Below, in pieces: positions 26,796-32,000 of a stretch of 32,000 bases of DNA. Where the stretch lies: the NCBI RefSeq assembly GCF_000012545.1, contig NC_007681.1, forward strand, positions 870,001 to 902,000. Direction: 5' to 3'. The stretch is from Methanosphaera stadtmanae DSM 3091. Its GTDB lineage: Archaea > Methanobacteriota > Methanobacteria > Methanobacteriales > Methanobacteriaceae. Position 1 is the stretch's first letter, and each line of letters opens with the position of its first letter. The notes beneath the pieces are model-generated. The model saw only the letters and a program-made list of their open reading frames with translations, was not told the DNA's origin and ran no database searches. The translations under genes and the position numbers were made by a program.

Positions 26796-26857
26796 GTTTC
26801 TAAAAGAAGTTGATATAACACCCCATTAATTATATCTCTTTTAGAAACCTTTTTTTA
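26796..26857. other. Extended imperfect hairpin (12 + 7 bp) flanked by T-runs on both strands
   Basis: The outer stem is gtttctaaaaga (26796-26807) / tcttttagaaac (26837-26848). The inner stem is gatataa (26812-26818) / ttatatc (26830-26836). T7 follows on the + strand (26851-26857). On the - strand a T7 lies within ~10 nt after the hairpin. The structure is ~100 nt downstream of the histone stop. Confidence 0.5.
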
Positions 26858-26945
26858 GAATCAAATAGTAAAATTAAGTCTTCTTAAAATACATTTAAAT
26901 TCTATTAATGAAAAAATATACTCATTAAATCAATAATTGGTCTGA

Positions 26946-27152
26946 TTATTCAGAGTTTATTGCTAATTTTATGTCTTCAGCTTTTACTGTTTTTCTTCCT
27001 GCATGTTTTGCAAAAGGCACTGCATCTCTTCCTATTTGTTCTCCAATTTCTTCAAGAACTCTTGTTAATTCAATTTTAGCATCTTCACTAACTCTGGTAG
27101 CACCAGCTTTTTTTAATAAACGACCCATTGTTGCTTTTGGTAATTCTGTCAT
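26946..27152 (-). CDS. Archaeal histone (HMf family, histone fold)
   Basis: The 68-aa sequence '[65 protein letters not shown]' is collinear with HMfA/B ('LPIAPIGRIIK.AGAERVS.DA...L...LEE.....A..A..LA.HAGRKTIKAEDI.LA'). Confidence 0.92.
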   Translation of the reverse strand: MTELPKATMGRLLKKAGATRVSEDAKIELTRVLEEIGEQIGRDAVPFAKHAGRKTVKAEDIKLAINSE

Positions 27153-27443
27153 TTTATCATCTCATAATTTTTTTTTATATAATCAATTATATCTTTTAAA
27201 CTATATAAATATGACTTATTTTAAGAAATAAGAAAATATTATTACTCAAATATTAAAAAAGATAACATTACTTTTTAATAATTTAAAATTAACAAATAAA
27301 TTCAAATAATAAGCTTTGTAAAATATTTATTTTAATTTTAACATGATTTAAAGTTTATTTTCATTATTTATTAGCTTATAATTATTATTTATTTAAATCT
27401 AGAGTATTAAATAGAAAGTTATACTTCTCAAATCTAATATAAT

Positions 27444-27475
27444 CCATTATAGAAATAGTATATTTTCTATAATGG
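27444..27475. repeat. Perfect 12-bp inverted repeat with 8-nt spacer
   Basis: The arms are ccattatagaaa (27444-27455) and tttctataatgg (27464-27475), with spacer tagtatat. Confidence 0.9.
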
Positions 27476-27553
27476 TTAGAGCTATTACCATTTCATCTTA
27501 AGATAATATACCTTAAATTATAATACCATGTAAGTATTATCTGTTAATAATTT

Positions 27554-27970
27554 CTAATCTAAAAAGTCATATGATTCTATAATTCCTGCAGCATTTCTTA
27601 TCTCTGCAGTTGCCTTGGAAATATGAAATATTGCAGGTTTCAAATCACTATCTGCACCATATGTTTTTTCAAGCATTGGCATTTTTTCAAATGCTTTTTT
27701 TAGTAAACTTTTATCTTCATCTTCATCAAATATGACCTTTCCATAATATCTAATAAATTCAGAACCATTATGTCCTAAAAATTCAATATTGTTATTTCTT
27801 ATCATTTGATTATATACTTGTTTGAATGTTCCAGTTAAAAAATATATTTGGCCATCAACCATCATTCTAAAACCAAGTGGTCTTAATTTTGGTTTATTAT
27901 TATTTATTGTTGCTAAATATAATACGCCACATTTATTCATATATTCATATACTTTTTCTCTACTTGACAT
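27554..27970 (-). CDS. Pyridoxamine 5'-phosphate oxidase-family (split-barrel flavin-binding) protein
   Basis: '..CGVLYLATINNNKPKLRPLGFRMMVDGQIYFLTG..' is typical of the PNPOx-like family. I prefer ATG 27970 over the track's TTG 27979, because the RBS 'gaagga' (complement of 27981-27986) is 10 nt from the ATG but only 1 nt from the TTG. Confidence 0.7.
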   Translation of the reverse strand: MSSREKVYEYMNKCGVLYLATINNNKPKLRPLGFRMMVDGQIYFLTGTFKQVYNQMIRNNNIEFLGHNGSEFIRYYGKVIFDEDEDKSLLKKAFEKMPMLEKTYGADSDLKPAIFHISKATAEIRNAAGIIESYDFLD

Positions 27971-28784
27971 TTTTTTCAATTCCTTCTTAACTTTAATATT
28001 TTGTATCTTTGAATATATTCAATGCTTAAAGAGACTAAAAAAAATTTCTAAAAAATTCATTTTTCTTAATCCCTTATTTTAAAAATTAATCTTTAATATT
28101 TTAAATACTTTTCTAGAATTTCAAATAAACTCTTATATTTAAGAGTGTTACTCATATTCTATTAGTCTTCTAAAAATATCTTAAAAATTCATAAGTAATT
28201 TTATAACTATTTTTAATTTATTTTTCTTTAAACACAAAAAATAACATTATCATATACATCATATTATGTATTTTTAGATACTTTAAGCATACTCTTTTTA
28301 TTTAAAAAATGTATTTGAAAAAATTTTGAAAAATAAATATGAAAAACAGTTGTAAGTTATATTATCCTAACTTTCATCAACTGTGTAGTTAGTTGTGCAT
28401 TATTGGTACTATTTTGGGTATTTTTCTGTTTGTATATAGTTGATGTATTTTTCATATAACTTACCTATTTATATATATCATGAATAGATTATATGGTCTT
28501 TATTTATCATAGCATTTAATTATATATGATCACTGATTTTACATTCAAGAATCTAAAAATATATCAAAAGTATTTAACTATAAAAAAAATTTTTTTCAAA
28601 AATAAGTTCTTTTTCCAAGAATTACACTTGAATAGTTATTCTTCAACTGTATTTTTTGGTTTATTTCTTAAAAATATTCATAAAGTAGATTTTATAGTTA
28701 TTTGGGATATATGTATTGTTTGATTTTTAGGTATTTTAGGTAGTTTTTTTTAGGATTTTTCTTTTAAAATTTTTCCTATTTTAT

Positions 28785-28808
28785 TTCGTTATACAATGGT
28801 ATAACGAA
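28785..28808. repeat. Perfect 10-bp inverted repeat with 4-nt loop
   Basis: The arms are ttcgttatac (28785-28794) and gtataacgaa (28799-28808), with loop aatg. It lies ~120 nt upstream of the next + strand CDS. Confidence 0.9.
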
Positions 28809-28925
28809 GTAGAGTAAAATCTTTCAAAATTAATCACTAAAATACAATAAACTTATTAACTTATATAATTAAAAGTAAAATTATAGTTTTTTAAAAAAAG
28901 GGAGGTTAAAAAAATATTATTAAAT

Positions 28926-29528
28926 TTGAAAGAAATATTTACAATAGATTATATAAAAAGTTACATATCACGTAATGCAAATTATTTTATAATTTCAATT
29001 ATAATATTTCTAATATCAGCATTATTAGGTTTTTATTTTAATAATTATTTTAATAATATATTACCCGACCATTTTCGTATGGCAACAAGTATCATTGATG
29101 AAATTAGTGTGGATTTTAGAGATATATTTATACATAACATATTCATTGATTTATCTGTTGTTTTTAATGGATTTTTATTTTCAATAGATTCAATTATAAC
29201 AACAGTTTTAAATGGAGTACTACTTGGATATGCTTTCTCAAGAGTTAACACAATATTGTTTGTTGTTGGAATTACACCACATGGAATCTTTGAAATACCA
29301 TCAAGTATCATAGCAATGGGTGGCTCATTAATAGCAACTAGATGGGAAATTCACATGTTAAACTCCATTATCTCAAAAAAACATACATTTCGTGAAGAAT
29401 TTAAAAAATATAAATATATGTTAAAGGATATACTAGCCACTGTTATTTATGTTTTTATTTTATTAATTATAGCTGCTGCTATTGAATCTACAATAACACC
29501 TCTACTATTATCAATAGTATCAGTATAA
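28926..29528 (+). CDS. SpoIIM/DUF95-family integral membrane protein
   Basis: There are five to six hydrophobic spans. Family-like motifs are 'GITPHGIFEIPSSIIAMGGSL' and C-terminal 'AAAIESTITP'. The start is uncertain: the TTG at 28926 is 19 nt from the strong RBS 'gggaggt' (28900-28906), and the next in-frame ATG is ~50 codons downstream, at ~29080. Confidence 0.65.
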   Translation: MKEIFTIDYIKSYISRNANYFIISIIIFLISALLGFYFNNYFNNILPDHFRMATSIIDEISVDFRDIFIHNIFIDLSVVFNGFLFSIDSIITTVLNGVLLGYAFSRVNTILFVVGITPHGIFEIPSSIIAMGGSLIATRWEIHMLNSIISKKHTFREEFKKYKYMLKDILATVIYVFILLIIAAAIESTITPLLLSIVSV

Positions 29529-29599
29529 TTTATATAAAAGGTTATAAAATAGTTTAATGAAAATTAGTATATATAGAAGAAATATAGGATGTAATTATA

Positions 29600-30874
29600 A
29601 TGCAAGAATGCCCATATTGTGGTCAACTAAATAGTGATTTTGAAGATAGATGTGTATATTGTGGAGAACTACTTTATATTCAAGTTGAACATGATGATGA
29701 AGAAACAAGTAATGATATAAATGAGATAAATCATCAATATGCAGATAAAATAGCACAAGAACTTCTTAAAGATGAGAACAATAAACAAACCAAAACTTTT
29801 GATGATTTAGATGAGTTTACTAGGGAATTATTAAGTCCTACAGATATTTCTGATGAAAGTGTATCTATATCTGATAATGATGATTCATATTATTTTGAAG
29901 AAGATAACAATGATACAATTACCAATGAATCATTTAATGATACTAATATGTTTGAAGAAACACTTGCAGATATAACTACAGATTTTACAGAAGATAATGA
30001 AGACACCTACTTTGAATATGAAACTGAAGATGTTCCTGAAGTACATGAAAAAACAAGAGAAAAACTTATAGAAATAGAATCTAAACTAAAAAAGAAGATC
30101 AAAAGAAATAAAAAACTTGAAACAAGATTAGGCTTAAGTTTTAAAAATATAGCTCTTGTAATTAATAATATAAATGGACCAATAGAAGTCTTAGGTAGTG
30201 TATCTACAAATACTGTATATAATAATCATTGCCTTAAATTATCAGTAATATGTTATGATAATGATTTTAAGGAAATTGAACGTAATTCTACTCTTATTAT
30301 AATGAATTCATTGAAAAGATATTATGATTTCAATTTAATTCTTAAACCAGACATATCTAAAACATCAATATTAATACTACTACCAGAAATTGTTGATAAA
30401 CTACCAGATGCTATTAATGAAGTAGATAAAAAGAATACACAAAATATATCTAAAAATAATAATATATCAAGAAACTTACAAAAACCTAAAAATAAACAAG
30501 TTAAAAAGAATACACAAGCAAAAAAAATAGATTCAAGAAAATCGGTGGCTGTTGAAACATCAAATTCCATATTCATTGAACAAATGAAGAATATTGAACA
30601 TAGAATTGGTATGAATATAACTAATACTTCTGTTCTTATAAAATCCAATAGTTATTTAGAAGTTGTTGGTGAAATATATATTAAAAGTCCAGATAAATAT
30701 AATGATATAAAAATAGCTGCAACATGTTATGACAAAAATAATAAGATCATTGCAACAGAAAGTACTCATATAAATACTAAGTTATATCTAGGATTTGACA
30801 CTCTATGCTTAAAATTAAAGGATGTTGATGTGTGTAGAGTTGAACGTATACGATTATATCCAACATTTCAATAG
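29600..30874 (+). CDS. Zinc-ribbon protein with long acidic tract, Lys-rich linkers and two related beta-rich C-terminal modules (FxLYD-like?)
   Basis: The N-terminus 'CPYCGQLNSDFEDRCVYCG' is a CxxC...CxxC ribbon. Residues ~30-150 are strongly acidic. Two similar modules follow: '..IEVLGSVSTNTVYNNHCLKLSVICYDNDFKEIE..' and '..LEVVGEIYIKSPDKYNDIKIAATCYDKNNKIIA..'. No TM segment is present. Confidence 0.7.
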   Translation: MQECPYCGQLNSDFEDRCVYCGELLYIQVEHDDEETSNDINEINHQYADKIAQELLKDENNKQTKTFDDLDEFTRELLSPTDISDESVSISDNDDSYYFEEDNNDTITNESFNDTNMFEETLADITTDFTEDNEDTYFEYETEDVPEVHEKTREKLIEIESKLKKKIKRNKKLETRLGLSFKNIALVINNINGPIEVLGSVSTNTVYNNHCLKLSVICYDNDFKEIERNSTLIIMNSLKRYYDFNLILKPDISKTSILILLPEIVDKLPDAINEVDKKNTQNISKNNNISRNLQKPKNKQVKKNTQAKKIDSRKSVAVETSNSIFIEQMKNIEHRIGMNITNTSVLIKSNSYLEVVGEIYIKSPDKYNDIKIAATCYDKNNKIIATESTHINTKLYLGFDTLCLKLKDVDVCRVERIRLYPTFQ

Positions 30875-31233
30875 TTAATCTACTTTTTCTCATTTTTTTA
30901 AATCATCATATGATAATATTATCAAATGAGTATAATTTTATCATAGATATAAAATAAAAACTTCCTTTTCAAAAATAATATTTTAATAAAAAAATAATCA
31001 TAAGACACTTATTTTATCAAATAAGGTTTATTTTATCTTATTTTATTACAATTCCTTTATATACTACGTTGTTCATAATTATAAGTATGAATTTGACAGG
31101 ATAGAATATATGCATTTAAAAGATTTAGAATGCTTGGAAACACTCCTATATCATTCCTAAAATAAGAAAATAATATTAAATAATTTTATCCAGTTGAATT
31201 CAATTCTTAAAAACTTTAAAGGAGCGAATCACA

Positions 31234-32000
31234 ATGGATTTAATCGATAATTTAGCAAATGCCTTTGCAGGAAAAGAAGTAGAAAAAGTACCAGCAGCAA
31301 GTATTGTATCTGTTGCATTAATGGAAGGTATGGAAAAAACTGGTGCAGGTTTTCCAGAATCACACACAAATGCTGAAAAAATGGTTGCATTAGGTGAAAG
31401 TGCACATAAATATGCTGGTGTAGAAAGTATAAATTTACCATTCGATTTAGCAATTGAAGCAGAAGCAATGGGATGTACAGTTGACTTAAGAGATGCAAAT
31501 GAACATATTCCAGAAATTACAGCTTCACCATTCTTTGATGATCTAAGTGGTGTTGAATTATGTGATGACTTCTTATCTAATGGAAGAATTCCTGTAGTTG
31601 CAGAAGCTTGTCAAATAGCTCGAGAAAAATATCCTGATGTTCCATTAATATCTGGTCAAATTGGACCTTTTACATTACTTGGTCAAATAGTAGGTATTGA
31701 ATATTTAATGAAATGTCTAGCAACAAATCCAAATGAAGTTAAAGTAGCTGTAAATAAATGTGCAGATGCAGTAATTGAAGTAGTTAAAGCATATAATGAA
31801 TTGGATGTTCAAGGAGATTGTATGTATGAACCATCTATTGCAGCAGATTTATTACCACCAGAAATGTTTGATGAGATTGTAAAATATCCTTTAAAAAGAA
31901 TAGCAGATGCAGCAGATTTCAACATAGTATTACATGTATGTGGAGATACCACACCTATACTTGAACATACACTTGACTTAGGATACAATGGATTTTCATT
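31234..32000 (+). CDS. mtaA: MtaA-family methylcobamide:CoM methyltransferase (3' end outside window)
   Basis: This CDS is absent from the ORF track because it has no stop in the window. RBS 'aaaggag' (31218-31224) precedes ATG 31234. The translation 'MDLIDNLANAFAGKEVEKVPAASIVSVALMEGMEKTGAGFPESHTNAEKM..IVLHVCGDTTPILE..' is collinear with the 3967-4986 paralogue and includes the HxC zinc motif. Confidence 0.85.
   Translation, partial: MDLIDNLANAFAGKEVEKVPAASIVSVALMEGMEKTGAGFPESHTNAEKMVALGESAHKYAGVESINLPFDLAIEAEAMGCTVDLRDANEHIPEITASPFFDDLSGVELCDDFLSNGRIPVVAEACQIAREKYPDVPLISGQIGPFTLLGQIVGIEYLMKCLATNPNEVKVAVNKCADAVIEVVKAYNELDVQGDCMYEPSIAADLLPPEMFDEIVKYPLKRIADAADFNIVLHVCGDTTPILEHTLDLGYNGFS

Noticed and set aside
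28526-28723. An intergenic + strand 65-aa ORF reads 'MITDFTFKNLKIYQKYLTIKKIFFKNKFFF...'.
   Set aside because: It is a low-complexity K/F/I-rich translation spanning homopolymer runs, with no RBS upstream. It may be transcribed, but I cannot support it as coding.
1761-31498. Other track ORFs are antisense to confident genes: 1761-2018, 4013-4306, 4403-4657, 18057-18245, 22878-23066, 26199-26453, 26971-27231, 27822-28082, 29045-29311, 30322-30648 and 31229-31498.
   Set aside because: Each is fully or largely nested opposite a CDS with clear family motifs (flavoprotein, MtaA, NAMPT, ferredoxin, histone, PNPOx, SpoIIM-like, zinc-ribbon protein, second MtaA). None has its own RBS or a recognisable motif.
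1-32000. I searched for tRNA, rRNA or other GC-rich structured RNA genes in the spacers.
   Set aside because: No 70-90-nt G/C-enriched segment with cloverleaf-like complementarity, and no rRNA-like sequence, was seen in any intergenic region. Only the short hairpins reported above stand out.

Overview
This is a very AT-rich archaeal chromosome segment. It most resembles a gut Methanobacteriales methanogen of the Methanosphaera type. That inference rests on an HMf-type archaeal histone, two MtaA-family methylcobamide:CoM methyltransferase paralogues, two signal-peptide-bearing Asn/Thr-rich giant surface proteins, a bile-salt hydrolase, SD-type RBSs and oligo-T terminators. I support 17 CDSs (two cut by the window edges) and one transposase pseudogene. 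I found no rRNA, tRNA or CRISPR array. About 43% of the window is two adhesin-like genes (3356 aa on the - strand, 1222 aa on the + strand). Each has beta-helix repeats followed by arrays of ~91-96-aa Ig-like modules. These arrays carry recent in-frame tandem duplications: 2 x 855 bp, an older 2 x 1152 bp, and 5 x 273 bp organised as an exact 546-bp higher-order repeat whose two variants differ only at synonymous sites. Likely accessory or horizontally acquired genes are the bile-salt hydrolase, a NadV/NAMPT-type phosphoribosyltransferase, a degraded IS4/IS5-type transposase next to a DUF4143 ATPase, and a single-polypeptide PLD-nuclease/SF2-ATPase/DUF3427 enzyme with the layout I remember for the S. 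aureus type IV restriction enzyme SauUSI. I did not find a convincing new multi-gene system. The best candidates for follow-up are the 22868-26116 cassette (orphan 141-aa ORF plus SauUSI-like enzyme), the 28926-30874 pair (SpoIIM-like membrane protein plus zinc-ribbon/acidic/dual beta-domain protein), and several strong palindromes in unusually long gene-free spacers. All homology statements come from reading motifs by eye and from memory; no searches were run.
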